Positions 26,325-35,256 of a stretch of DNA of 35,345 nucleotides are shown here, one piece after another; the stretch's first letter is position 1, and the number at the start of each line of letters is the position of its first letter. Source of the DNA: a virus (Duplodnaviria; Caudoviricetes); the IMG/VR virus record IMGVR_UViG_3300020426_000016, positions 1-35,345 of that record. One strand, 5' to 3'. The notes below the pieces were generated by a model. The model saw nothing but the letters and a program-made list of their open reading frames with translations, was not told the origin of the DNA and searched no databases. The position numbers and the translations under genes are program-made.

Positions 26325-26647
26325 TATGATAACTCCTTTTTAAGATTATAAAGGGAATTGTAAAGCGGCATATTAAATTCTGAAGCTAAACGTGTTTCTA
26401 ATTTTGCCCCAGGACTATTTGCACAATCAGGTAGCATGTAAACTGCATCACAATCCATCAATGCTTTAATACACTTTTTCATAGCATTCTCCCAAGTCGC
26501 TTTAAAATCATTTACAACTTCCAAAGGATTAACTGCTGTAAATCCTAAAGCTTCAATAGTTTTTTGAGCTACACCAAATTTCATAGTGCATTCAGCAATT
26601 GGTTCACCGGTAACTTTACCAGCGATATAGATTTTCTTTTTAATCAT
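26324..26647 (-). CDS. DUF4406 / nucleoside deoxyribosyltransferase-like protein
   Basis: KIYIAGKVTG, VNP, W...M..CI..L..CDAVYMLP and SPGAKLE. Confidence 0.8.
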   Translation of the reverse strand: MIKKKIYIAGKVTGEPIAECTMKFGVAQKTIEALGFTAVNPLEVVNDFKATWENAMKKCIKALMDCDAVYMLPDCANSPGAKLETRLASEFNMPLYNSLYNLKKELS

Positions 26648-26955
26648 TTTAATGGGTTTTTATAAGTTTTCTTAATTACCTCGAACACACATGTAAGAAT
26701 TGATGGAAGGTTCTTATTAGTATGTCTTATTTCAAGTCTTTCATCATCTAAATATTTTACCACTACATTGATATAATCATTATTAATGAAGTTTGCGTAT
26801 ATAGTCCAGTTATTAATACGAATGGTGTTCTCTACATTTTTAGCATCCTTTTTAAATTCAAATTGAGCGATAATCCAAAGTCCATCCATTACAGTTTGCC
26901 ATTCTCTACCCAAAACCGGTTTTACGCCCAGTTCCTTCCATTCGTTGTCGTTCAT
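26644..26955 (-). CDS. Hypothetical protein
   Basis: ATGA overlaps with both neighbours. Confidence 0.6.
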   Translation of the reverse strand: MNDNEWKELGVKPVLGREWQTVMDGLWIIAQFEFKKDAKNVENTIRINNWTIYANFINNDYINVVVKYLDDERLEIRHTNKNLPSILTCVFEVIKKTYKNPLK

Positions 26956-27284
26956 ACTAATTTTTCATTGAGTTGATTTATTAATTTTTGAAGTAGCATT
27001 TTTTGATATGGGTTTTGCTCATTCCATATCAGGTCACGTATAATTTCTTCTAAAGCCCAAGCCTCGTGATATTTGATCGTAAAACTTTTTAATTCACTAT
27101 CAAATAAATCAGCTTTCTTAATTAGGCTTTTGGTTTTCTTTTCAAACTTTTCTGAAAGGTCAAAACCAATACTTTTATAAACGTTTTGCCGTAAGTCATT
27201 AGAAATAGATATTTCAAATACATTTCTAAGTAATTTATTCGCTGCGAAAATGGTGTCGGGACTAAGTTTTAATTCTATTTTCAT
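26952..27284 (-). CDS. Hypothetical protein
   Basis: ATGA overlaps; operon packing. Confidence 0.6.
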   Translation of the reverse strand: MKIELKLSPDTIFAANKLLRNVFEISISNDLRQNVYKSIGFDLSEKFEKKTKSLIKKADLFDSELKSFTIKYHEAWALEEIIRDLIWNEQNPYQKMLLQKLINQLNEKLV

Positions 27285-27436
27285 CTACAATCTATTTTAG
27301 GTTTAGAAAGCTGTTTGCCGCATAGGCCGCAAATCTTAATGGTAGTTTCACAGTTTACAATTGCCTCTAACACCTTTATCCTTTGCTCGGATTCAGGATG
27401 TTTACAGGGCTTTTTAGGGGTTAACCGAGCTTTCAT
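27281..27436 (-). CDS. Small Cys-rich Zn-ribbon protein (51 aa), not in ORF track
   Basis: MKARLTPKKPCKH...NCETTIKICGLCGKQLSKPKIDCR; ATGA overlaps at both ends. Confidence 0.6.
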   Translation of the reverse strand: MKARLTPKKPCKHPESEQRIKVLEAIVNCETTIKICGLCGKQLSKPKIDCR

Positions 27437-27831
27437 TTATACTTTTTGGTTAGCATCCCCTGAAGGGCTGAAATGACTTTACTAAGCTCTTTAGTATCCA
27501 TTTGCTGAAGTGGTTTGTTAACCGGTGAACGAAAGCTTTTTAACCATTCTGACAGTCGTTTTAAATCCACAAACTTTGGATTGGCATCCTGTACCCATGC
27601 CAACTGATGGCAAAGGCTAAGGATAGTGGAATGTTTACGGTTATGCTTGTCGAAATATGCCCAATTGGTGGTTAAAAAGCTGATTAATTGCGTAGCTTCA
27701 GCAATCGAGAGATCGCCTACCTTCTTTTTAGTTTTGTCGCCGGTAATTTGCTGTACGTGTACCGCCTCGGTTTCGCTATTGTTGTCGAAAATACGGTATA
27801 AGATTTTGCGCTGTGAAGGAACTGCTTTCAT
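27433..27831 (-). CDS. GemA/gp16-like regulatory protein
   Basis: DLSIAEATQLI; C-terminal LSEWLKS...KPLQQMDTKELSKVISALQGM. Confidence 0.55.
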   Translation of the reverse strand: MKAVPSQRKILYRIFDNNSETEAVHVQQITGDKTKKKVGDLSIAEATQLISFLTTNWAYFDKHNRKHSTILSLCHQLAWVQDANPKFVDLKRLSEWLKSFRSPVNKPLQQMDTKELSKVISALQGMLTKKYK

Positions 27832-27881
27832 GATATTAGGTTTTAGACTTATTTTATGCAGATATTAGGCTTTTGCCTTAT

Positions 27882-27935
27882 TGTTCCCATGCCAGGATTC
27901 GAACCTGATTATGATGTCCTTTACATCGCACGGGT
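27882..27935 (-). ncRNA. Truncated tRNA-like element (acceptor stem, one hairpin, T-arm)
   Basis: Minus strand: CCCGUGC-GAUGUaaaggACAUC-auaau-CAGGUUCGAAUCCUG-GCAUGGG-AACA. Confidence 0.6.
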
Positions 27936-27940
27936 ATTGG

Positions 27941-28120
27941 TTACTGGTCGTAATCTTCCGGCATTTCCTCGGCGGTGATCTCCCTCAACACCAGAGGAAT
28001 TAAGAAAGTAAAGAATAATGGTATTACACTATCCTGTTTTAGTGCAACTATGGCAAGTAAACCCATCCAAAAAATGGCCAATCCTACCTTGATTGTATTT
28101 AAAGGAGATAGCGGTTTCAT
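27941..28120 (-). CDS. Small two-TM membrane protein (59 aa), not in ORF track
   Basis: MKPLSPLNTIKVGLAIFWMGLLAIVALKQDSVIPLFFTFLIPLVLRE...; ATGA overlap with the upstream gene. Confidence 0.6.
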   Translation of the reverse strand: MKPLSPLNTIKVGLAIFWMGLLAIVALKQDSVIPLFFTFLIPLVLREITAEEMPEDYDQ

Positions 28121-28767
28121 AAGCTGGAGAAGTTTAATTGAATGGTTTGAAATTTGCCATTTTTGCCTTTTTTCTTCAGCTCATACCCGAAGCCTTTTAA
28201 ATGGCTGCTATAGCTCTCTTTTATCAGCCTAAGCCCTTCTAACCATCGTGGATCATTAAACTTTTTCTCATGCTGTATAAGGATCATTACACGGGCATAC
28301 TCCAGGTCACCATTTTCATTGCGCTCAATAAAAGACATCAGCATTTCAAAAAGGTCTAAATCCCGTTTCTTTACGGTGTCGGTTAGAAAATCCTTAATGA
28401 GTTCCTGGGCTTTGGTAGAGCGTTCATCCCACTTTGGCTCGGTATCCCTTCTACGGGTTACCCGATAATCACCTTCACTATTAGTGATTGAAAAACCGCC
28501 TTTGCTATTGCTACGCATCATCCCGTAATCGTTAAGCGCTTCAGCCTGGATTTCCATTTTGTTCTCGCAAAGCTCCTTAAGCTCTTTAAGAACTTCGTTA
28601 GCCTGGATCGCACGGTTAACCAAAAAGTTTATAGTTTCATCCCGGTCAGCTTCATACTTCTTTTTTTGCTTGGCCAGTTCCGCCTGTTCCTTCTTTCTTT
28701 TTTTGGCTAAGAAAAGCTCTATTTCGTCAGAGCTCATTTGGTCTATTGACTTATTTATTGTTTCCAT
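28117..28767 (-). CDS. DUF3164-family protein (Gam-like position)
   Basis: Long N-terminal coiled coil; FSITN.EG, WDER...A.ELIKDFL, DPRWLEG..LIKESY and G.F..I.LNFS. Confidence 0.75.
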   Translation of the reverse strand: METINKSIDQMSSDEIELFLAKKRKKEQAELAKQKKKYEADRDETINFLVNRAIQANEVLKELKELCENKMEIQAEALNDYGMMRSNSKGGFSITNSEGDYRVTRRRDTEPKWDERSTKAQELIKDFLTDTVKKRDLDLFEMLMSFIERNENGDLEYARVMILIQHEKKFNDPRWLEGLRLIKESYSSHLKGFGYELKKKGKNGKFQTIQLNFSSL

Positions 28768-28773
28768 TTGTAA

Positions 28774-29022
28774 TTAAATTAAGGTTGATAATCTTTTAAA
28801 AGCTTTATCCGCGGCACTTTGATCGACACCATAAAAAGCTTCATCTCTTTTCACTTCATCTTTTTCGAAACCTATTGAAGCGGTTAAGCATAATCCGGAT
28901 AAATGAAGACTTATCTTTATCTCTTCTTGTTCTTCGTCTTCATTCCATTTTTTTTCATATAAAATTTGATTTCCATCAACTTCAAAAAGCTTGTAAAACT
29001 GGTTTTCTGGTTGTATCGCCAT
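28774..29022 (-). CDS. Hypothetical protein
   Basis: Operon packing. Confidence 0.6.
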   Translation of the reverse strand: MAIQPENQFYKLFEVDGNQILYEKKWNEDEEQEEIKISLHLSGLCLTASIGFEKDEVKRDEAFYGVDQSAADKAFKRLSTLI

Positions 29023-29024
29023 AT

Positions 29025-29306
29025 CTATTTTTGATTTTCTTTAAATTCTATTTTTATTCCTGCCCCTGATCGGCTGATCTGATAAGTTAACTCCCATGAA
29101 TCGGCATGAAAGCTTAAAGCATCCATTTGGATTTTATCCAAAACCTCGTTGGTGTTTATTTTCGCATGGATTAGCTTTTCCTCTTCAAATTCAATCTTTG
29201 AAAGTTGAAAAGCTTCGCTAAACACTTCGTTTAATGCCTTCCTAAACCTTACTTTTTGCATCGCCTGAAAATCTTCTAAATTGATTAACTCTTTTAAATC
29301 GTTCAT
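29025..29306 (-). CDS. Hypothetical protein
   Basis: Likely start MNDLKE at 29306; C-terminal ISRSGAGIKIEF. Confidence 0.6.
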   Translation of the reverse strand: MNDLKELINLEDFQAMQKVRFRKALNEVFSEAFQLSKIEFEEEKLIHAKINTNEVLDKIQMDALSFHADSWELTYQISRSGAGIKIEFKENQK

Positions 29307-29322
29307 TTTGGATTGTTTTTTA

Positions 29323-29595
29323 TTAAAATTTATTAAGTTCTTTAGTGCGTAATAACATGGTTTCAAAATCCATGTAATAAGCGATCTCTCGGGGTTTGTA
29401 ACCGCTATGCTTCATTTGTTTTTTGGCCTGGGTTACTTTGCTTTCAAGCTTTTCCTCCAAAATCACTGGAAGGCCATTTAAACCATTACTGATCGCTTTA
29501 TGGATTTCGTGGCGTTCTAATAAGGAAAGGAACTTTTCCCCATGCGTATCGTAGTTTAAAACCTCCCTAAGTGTAATAGTGTCGTAATACTTCAT
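29323..29595 (-). CDS. Hypothetical protein
   Basis: ATGA overlap with the upstream gene. Confidence 0.6.
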   Translation of the reverse strand: MKYYDTITLREVLNYDTHGEKFLSLLERHEIHKAISNGLNGLPVILEEKLESKVTQAKKQMKHSGYKPREIAYYMDFETMLLRTKELNKF

Positions 29596-29759
29596 ACTTC
29601 AATAGTTTGCAATTGGTTTTCTTCCATTTCCTGAGCTTTACAAGCGTAATAGCTAATACTTTGCTTTTTAATTCTCTCCAGCTCATGCCCTGGGTTATCC
29701 TGTACCCAATCGTTTAATTCTTTGAGTTTTCGTTCGATAAATAATTTATTTACTCTCAT
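29592..29759 (-). CDS. Hypothetical protein (55 aa)
   Basis: Likely start MRVNKL at 29759. Confidence 0.55.
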   Translation of the reverse strand: MRVNKLFIERKLKELNDWVQDNPGHELERIKKQSISYYACKAQEMEENQLQTIEV

Positions 29760-30102
29760 ACGCTGCTTTTTTGGTTTTTTTAGGACGTACCATCTGGATA
29801 AGAACCGTTGGTACCATTTGTAAAATTTCATCGGGATAGGTAAGAAGCAACTCCTGGACAAGTGAAGGCTCCAGATGATCTAAATCGCTTCCATAATCGT
29901 TTAAGAACTGGCTTTCCACATGGACAAGCCACATGTCGCAATACCAGTTTAACACGCCATCATGTTTAATAAGGAGCATAGCAGATATATATTCACGCTC
30001 GGCTATGGTATAGCACCAATCAATAAAACATGAATTTCGCCACTCATCATAAAGCGGATAGGTTAAACCAGTGGACTTTAAAATTTTTTGGGTTGTTTTC
30101 AT
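29746..30102 (-). CDS. Hypothetical early protein
   Basis: Starts 2 nt after the ATPase gene; aromatic helical sequence. Confidence 0.65.
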   Translation of the reverse strand: MKTTQKILKSTGLTYPLYDEWRNSCFIDWCYTIAEREYISAMLLIKHDGVLNWYCDMWLVHVESQFLNDYGSDLDHLEPSLVQELLLTYPDEILQMVPTVLIQMVRPKKTKKAAYESK

Positions 30103-30104
30103 TT

Positions 30105-30743
30105 TTATTCGTCTTGGTTGTTTTTAATTTCTGCACCGTGATAGAGTTGTGCTTTTTCTTCATCTATCGTTAATGAACCGCCCGGACAACGCCCGGAAAC
30201 AAAACAGGCCAATCCCTGCACCCGGATAATGATCTTACTAAGGCGTTTAATCATTTTCGCCGTAGCGGTATAAGGTTCGTTGCGCTCTTCGTGAGCAATG
30301 AATATGAAATGCGTGTTTGGATGCCGTCTCCAAAATTTTTGAAATGCGCCATAGGATAACTCGTCCTTGTACACGGTCACATTATCGAATACCACAAATT
30401 TTGGCGGGTTACGTTTCTCCAGGCGTTCGCTTATCTCTTCAAGCGGGGTGTATTCCACAAATTTTAGGGATTCGTTACCCGGTTCTAACCTGGCACGCTT
30501 CATCGCATCGATAAACTCTTTTTCAAGGCCTTCCTCGGCACTTATATAAAGCCCGCTACCAAATTGACTTAACATATCTGAAAGTTTCAGTGAAAGCCAG
30601 CTTTTACCATTCTTTTCAGCTCCGTACACGATCCACACGCCGTTTTTGGTTGCATTACCAAAAACATCTTTCCATATCCCGGTAAATGGGTACGTGTCGA
30701 ATTCTTTGGAATATGCCGTACGTATGTTTAAAGGTCGTTTCAT
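30105..30743 (-). CDS. RecA/KaiC-like P-loop ATPase
   Basis: VYGAEKNGKS Walker A, YISAEEG, VVFDN Walker B, FIFIAHE. Confidence 0.8.
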   Translation of the reverse strand: MKRPLNIRTAYSKEFDTYPFTGIWKDVFGNATKNGVWIVYGAEKNGKSWLSLKLSDMLSQFGSGLYISAEEGLEKEFIDAMKRARLEPGNESLKFVEYTPLEEISERLEKRNPPKFVVFDNVTVYKDELSYGAFQKFWRRHPNTHFIFIAHEERNEPYTATAKMIKRLSKIIIRVQGLACFVSGRCPGGSLTIDEEKAQLYHGAEIKNNQDE

Positions 30744-30744
30744 T

Positions 30745-31632
30745 TTAGGCTCCTATTTGGATTAAAGTTTCAAGGTGTCTAAGGCTACGATGGCGGTTTT
30801 CCACACGGTCGTAGCACTGGTTTACCAATTTGTTAATGTTATCGGTCTTAGAATTGGCGTAGGCTACATCACCGATAAGCTGAGTGTAAAATTTTCTACG
30901 GTCATCGGAACCGTTTGGGGTAAGGGTGATAAACTTTTCACTAAACCTGGAGAAAAGCTCTGCAAAACCAACTTTACGGTTATTGATCCCTTTATTGATC
31001 TTTGCTTTAAGGCCATCGGCTCCCATCATGTACCAACCGGCATTTCCCTCGGAGGCATTCCACAGCTCTTTAATCACTAACAAAGTGCTGTACTCCAAAT
31101 CCCCGGCTTCATCGAGAACAATTAGCGGCGATTCCAGCACGCTAAGGGCGTATTTAATGTTATCCTTTACATCGACGTGCTTTCCGTTCTCGTCTACGCC
31201 TAGAGTACGTGCTAAGAGCCTTACAAAGGTTATTTTGGTTTTACCCTGGGAACAATCCACATAAAATGAATTGCGCATTTTTCTCACGATATGCTTTGCA
31301 CAAAAAGTTTTACCGATACCGCAATCATCCACCAAAATCATACTTTGGTTTTTCGCCTGGCATTCGTGTAAATTGTCCTCAATTTCAGAGTACACCTTTG
31401 TCCTGGCAACGCTCCAATTTTTTTTGCGGATATCGACCTCTAATTTTCGACCAATAGCAAGCCAGCTGGTATCGCTAATAATACGCTCGGTCTGTCCTCC
31501 TTTTATACGGCTAAAAGCGGTGCCGCTAATCCCCAGTGTTCTTGCATAAGCTGCATTAGAACCGCCAAAGTTTTCACGGTCGGCCAGTATGGCCTCTCTA
31601 ACTTTTTCCTTAAAGTTCTCTGGTAAATTCAT
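30745..31632 (-). CDS. MuB-like AAA+ transposition ATPase with N-terminal HTH
   Basis: HTH (SNAAYARTLGISGTAFSRI), DDCGIGKT, IVLDEAG and ELFSRF; follows the transposase. Confidence 0.85.
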   Translation of the reverse strand: MNLPENFKEKVREAILADRENFGGSNAAYARTLGISGTAFSRIKGGQTERIISDTSWLAIGRKLEVDIRKKNWSVARTKVYSEIEDNLHECQAKNQSMILVDDCGIGKTFCAKHIVRKMRNSFYVDCSQGKTKITFVRLLARTLGVDENGKHVDVKDNIKYALSVLESPLIVLDEAGDLEYSTLLVIKELWNASEGNAGWYMMGADGLKAKINKGINNRKVGFAELFSRFSEKFITLTPNGSDDRRKFYTQLIGDVAYANSKTDNINKLVNQCYDRVENRHRSLRHLETLIQIGA

Positions 31633-31642
31633 ACTTTTGTCT

Positions 31643-33688
31643 TTAGTTATTAAAATTTGATCTCCAGCTACCTCCTTGGTATTCCTGAGGTTCGTAGTTT
31701 AGGAAGTCTTCAGCTTCCTGGTGATCCTTTAAAACTTCAGCTTCTTGCGATGCTGGAGTTTTTTGTTTATTCAGACCCGGTATCTGGAAATTATTATTAA
31801 GGGTCTTTGGTTTTCTATTAATGATCGTTACCGGTTCCAGTTCATTTTTACGTAATTTCTGGAAGGAATCAATAGTGCGATTGTAAGCGGCCATTATTTC
31901 AAATCCGTTTTCTTCACCGGCGGCACGTCTTTCATGGCTTGATTTATTAGGCTTGGGTTTAGTAATAGCCTCACAGATGTATTGCCCGTTTATATATACC
32001 AAGGCTTTGAAAACTTTACCTTCATGATCGTCTAGCCAGAATACTTCAATATTTCGACCTTCAGTTTTAGTCATAAGATTTAATAGCTTTTCTCCAGTGG
32101 CGATTTTTCCAGCATCACCTAAAAGAAATTCGCTTCTTTGTAATTTTATAATTCCTACATTACAGCTTGTTTCCGTTCTTTTACCCATGTATGGAAGTAT
32201 GGCTTTGTAATTGGTTGGTTTTAAATCTGGGTTTTGATTAGCTGTGAAGTAATCCCACCTACTAATACTATTGTCCACACTATGAGCGCTATTGTTCCAG
32301 TCTACCAAATCCTGAATACGATCATTGGCCAATTGTGGAAAAGGAATAATCTTTTTAGATGTTGAACCTGCTTGATTAGATTCACTCCTTGCGAATGGTC
32401 TTGCAATCCATCCCTCATGTTCTTTTTCCACTTCGTAACGGAGTTTCCCGAAATACCGCTCAATCTTTTTAGCCCGTGCCTTATTGGCTTCTATTCTTAC
32501 TTCCTGAAACATGGCTCCGTTACGTAGAAAAGTATTTTTAAAACTACTGTTAAGCGAACTCTCACACTCCAGTTCCAATGGAAGGCTATAACCCCACGCG
32601 TGATAATTACGTACAAGCTCTCGGTAAAAATTGATAATAAGATCTTCTTTAGTTTTACCGTGTACCCAACATGTGATTGCTTCGCTAGCAAGATCAATTC
32701 CAATATAGAACCACATCCTTTTTCCCTTTTCATATTCAAAGGGCGGCTGACGGTCATCTATAGATAAAATTGAGCCTGCAAATTTTGGGCGTTCAAAAGA
32801 ATGATACGGACTAAATTGCGACATAAGCTTTTGACGATCACCCGAGCGCGCCGCGTAGGTTCCGATTTTATTTTCCCATTTGTTTAGGTATAGCGCAATA
32901 GTAGATTGTGCTACTGGATTGAAGTCTTTAGGGTCGTAAACCTCCCCGGTTTTATTATTAACAATTTCTAAATAACCATTTAAAAAGGCCTCGTATTGTC
33001 TGGCCACTTTAGTAGCATGAGGCTTGTCTTGCTGAGTGGCAAAAAGATCATTAAGTAATTTTTCTTCAAGCTTTCTTACTTTTTTAGCGTTGGTATTGGA
33101 TTTATAATTTTTGATGATGCCTTTAAAACTCTCTTTTTTGAAATTTTTGAATTGATCCATGAAGTAGCGGTACTTTTTATTTAGGTTGTGCTGGAAGGAT
33201 TCCCCTTCGCGCTTCTCCTGAAGCTTGATAAAGCTCATAGCATCCTGCCACAATGTTTTATTGACATCACGAAGGGAACCCCCTTTATTTTTCCGTTCGG
33301 TACGTCTATCGATCTCCAACTTTTTAACCGCTTCCAAAATACTGGCACTGGTAATGTGCTTGTCCTGGGCATCCATTGTTAAAGGTTCCCCATCATCAAA
33401 TAAGTAGGTGGTATAAAATCGGGTTGCCGCCGGATCAATCTTATAGTGTTTATCTAAGGGGTGTTCAGGTTGTCTAGGATCACCTAAAGCATCCTGAATT
33501 TTTTTAGGTAGAGTATCAAAAACTACTAATAATTTTCTTCCATTGCCTCCTATTAAAGCTCTTTTTGGACCATAAGGTTTGTCTTTAAATTGAGATAATT
33601 TGGACGAAAGGCTTTTGCTATTAGAAAACCATAAGGGAACTAACTCCTCCTTTGTCGCAACTAATATTTCTCCTAAAAAATGAGGCAT
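31643..33688 (-). CDS. MuA-like DDE transposase
   Basis: 681 aa; RNase H-type core LSIDDRQ...IGIDLASEAITCW...LECES...AKKIERYFGKL (second acidic residue apparently Glu); position next to the MuB-like gene. Confidence 0.85.
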   Translation of the reverse strand: MPHFLGEILVATKEELVPLWFSNSKSLSSKLSQFKDKPYGPKRALIGGNGRKLLVVFDTLPKKIQDALGDPRQPEHPLDKHYKIDPAATRFYTTYLFDDGEPLTMDAQDKHITSASILEAVKKLEIDRRTERKNKGGSLRDVNKTLWQDAMSFIKLQEKREGESFQHNLNKKYRYFMDQFKNFKKESFKGIIKNYKSNTNAKKVRKLEEKLLNDLFATQQDKPHATKVARQYEAFLNGYLEIVNNKTGEVYDPKDFNPVAQSTIALYLNKWENKIGTYAARSGDRQKLMSQFSPYHSFERPKFAGSILSIDDRQPPFEYEKGKRMWFYIGIDLASEAITCWVHGKTKEDLIINFYRELVRNYHAWGYSLPLELECESSLNSSFKNTFLRNGAMFQEVRIEANKARAKKIERYFGKLRYEVEKEHEGWIARPFARSESNQAGSTSKKIIPFPQLANDRIQDLVDWNNSAHSVDNSISRWDYFTANQNPDLKPTNYKAILPYMGKRTETSCNVGIIKLQRSEFLLGDAGKIATGEKLLNLMTKTEGRNIEVFWLDDHEGKVFKALVYINGQYICEAITKPKPNKSSHERRAAGEENGFEIMAAYNRTIDSFQKLRKNELEPVTIINRKPKTLNNNFQIPGLNKQKTPASQEAEVLKDHQEAEDFLNYEPQEYQGGSWRSNFNN

Positions 33689-33693
33689 ATCTT

Positions 33694-33900
33694 TTATTGA
33701 ATTTTTATGTCTTCAGGTTTTAGAAACTCTGCTAAGTTTTTGAGAGAATCATAAACACTTTTAGCTAAATCAGTATTAATCTCCCGATCACCGTCTAAAA
33801 TCATTTTCACATACATCCTACTGCAATTATGTTTTCGGGCAATTGAGAACAAATGACCTTTTAAAAGTGTTTTATGGTTTTCTGTAAATTCTGCTTTCAT
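33694..33900 (-). CDS. Ner/Cro-like HTH regulator
   Basis: Likely start MKAEFT at 33900; SIARKHNCSRMYVKMILDG HTH; divergent from the repressor. Confidence 0.75.
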   Translation of the reverse strand: MKAEFTENHKTLLKGHLFSIARKHNCSRMYVKMILDGDREINTDLAKSVYDSLKNLAEFLKPEDIKIQ

Positions 33901-33908
33901 TTTTTTGA

Positions 33909-33984
33909 TACATTTGTTGACATGATGTAAACAAATATAATACAGTATTCTGTAATTAACCAAATAAAAATACATTTTTCTGTA
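33909..33984. promoter_or_regulatory. Lysis-lysogeny switch: face-to-face promoters and operators
   Basis: Plus-strand TACATTTG (33909-33916); minus-strand TTTG (33964-33961), 21 nt, TATATTTG (33939-33932); palindromes TACAGTATTCTGTA (33941-33954) and TACATTTTTCTGTA (33971-33984). Confidence 0.7.
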
Positions 33985-33987
33985 AAA

Positions 33988-34686
33988 ATGAGTAAATTAA
34001 ACGAGATAACATTAAGATTTATAGAGGTTTACGAACACCTCCAAAAAACAAAAAAAGTTAAAAATGTTTCTGATTTTGCAGAAAAAATAGGCATTAGCAA
34101 CTCTATGATGACTGAAATAAGTAAGTTTAGAAGTAATGTCGGTATTAAAGCTATACAGAATACTGTAAATACCTTTTCTTTTATTGATTCTGAGTGGTTA
34201 TTAACTGGGAATGGAAGAATGTCAACATTTAAAATACCAGGAAATTACAATGCGAATCCCGATCCTGATGAAGAACATGCTATTAAGAAATACGGCATCC
34301 CATTAATACCTATTGATGCTATGGCGGGCTGGGGCACCGGAAGTTTTCAGATTATGCAGTATGAGGTAGATCGCTATATAGTTCCTGAATTTGAAGAACT
34401 TAATGTAGATTTTATGATTAGAGTTCGAAATGATTCTATGTATCCAAAATATAAAAGCGGAGATATCGTTGCTTGTAAAAAATTACCTATGGATACTTTC
34501 TTTCAGTGGAATAAAGTTTATGTACTTGATACTATTCAGGGAGCTTTAATTAAGAGAGTTAAAAAATCGAAACTCGAAAATCATATTCTTTGCATTAGTG
34601 AAAATAAAGAATATGAACCTTTTGATTTAAATCTATCTGAAGTGAACTCTTTGGCATTAGTTGTGGGTGCAATAGGCTTAGAATGA
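33988..34686 (+). CDS. CI-like repressor, HTH plus S24 autopeptidase
   Basis: FAEKIGIS HTH, EWLLTGNG, AG cleavage site (AMAGWG), catalytic DSMYP and LIKRV. Confidence 0.9.
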   Translation: MSKLNEITLRFIEVYEHLQKTKKVKNVSDFAEKIGISNSMMTEISKFRSNVGIKAIQNTVNTFSFIDSEWLLTGNGRMSTFKIPGNYNANPDPDEEHAIKKYGIPLIPIDAMAGWGTGSFQIMQYEVDRYIVPEFEELNVDFMIRVRNDSMYPKYKSGDIVACKKLPMDTFFQWNKVYVLDTIQGALIKRVKKSKLENHILCISENKEYEPFDLNLSEVNSLALVVGAIGLE

Positions 34687-34876
34687 TATGTGCAATCATG
34701 TTTCTTATATTATAATACTTTAATAAAAATATAGGTTTTTGATTATTAGTGTTTTATGTGAACATATAAACTTTTACTTATTGCAATAAGTGGGTTGCAA
34801 AATAGAAATATTGCCATTTAACCACATATTAAATACAATATCCATTACTTACAGAACGCTTTTTTACACACATCTA

Positions 34877-34912
34877 TTAACCCAAACATTAACCCAACCG
34901 TTAACGCAGCGT
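34877..34912. repeat. Three 12-bp tandem repeats TTAAC(C/G)CA
   Basis: TTAACCCAAACA / TTAACCCAACCG / TTAACGCAGCGT. Confidence 0.65.
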
Positions 34913-35252
34913 AAAAACAACATTTATTTTAGAAATACCATCTTTACATACCGGCCTAATCTATTTTGCTATTTAATGAGTTAATTTTAGCCATTAAAAA
35001 AGCCTCTAAAGTGACGTTTTAAAGGCTTTTAGGTAATTAATAGAGGTATTTATAGTAAGTTTGGTACCTAGATACCCCTAATAGGTAATTAACGGCAATT
35101 TATAGGCTATTTAATTAGTATTTAATTTGTACTTAATGTGGTTTTTGATCGTTACCATAAAAACGGCAAAAAACGCTCTAAAGCCTTATAAACACTGGCA
35201 AAATCGGCAAAATACTATTACTGTTATCTTGTTGTATTTATATTAGGGGGCA

Positions 35253-35256
35253 TAGA
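35253..35256. repeat. Right copy of target-site duplication TAGA
   Basis: Immediately follows the terminal CA (35251-35252). Confidence 0.7.

Larger units (their letters stand above)
76..35252. mobile_element. Mu-like transposable prophage with contractile tail, apparently complete (35,177 bp)
   Basis: TG (76-77) and CA (35251-35252) termini with a flanking duplication; interrupted host gene; transposase plus MuB-like ATPase and repressor at one end, mom-like gene at the other; full head, tail and lysis gene set. Confidence 0.95.

Noticed and set aside
27882-27935. Functional tRNA gene or integration att site
   Set aside because: Too short, one arm missing, no CCA; the phage integrates by transposition.
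2888-33407. Many 60-110 aa opposite-strand or alternative-frame ORFs in the track (e.g. 5527..5802, 7825..8130, 20391..20723, 30926..31264)
   Set aside because: Shadows of real genes, with no start context or motifs.
34790-34984. 64-aa ORF with LTQ repeats
   Set aside because: The repeat reflects the 12-bp DNA tandem in a likely non-coding end region; GTG start with poor context.
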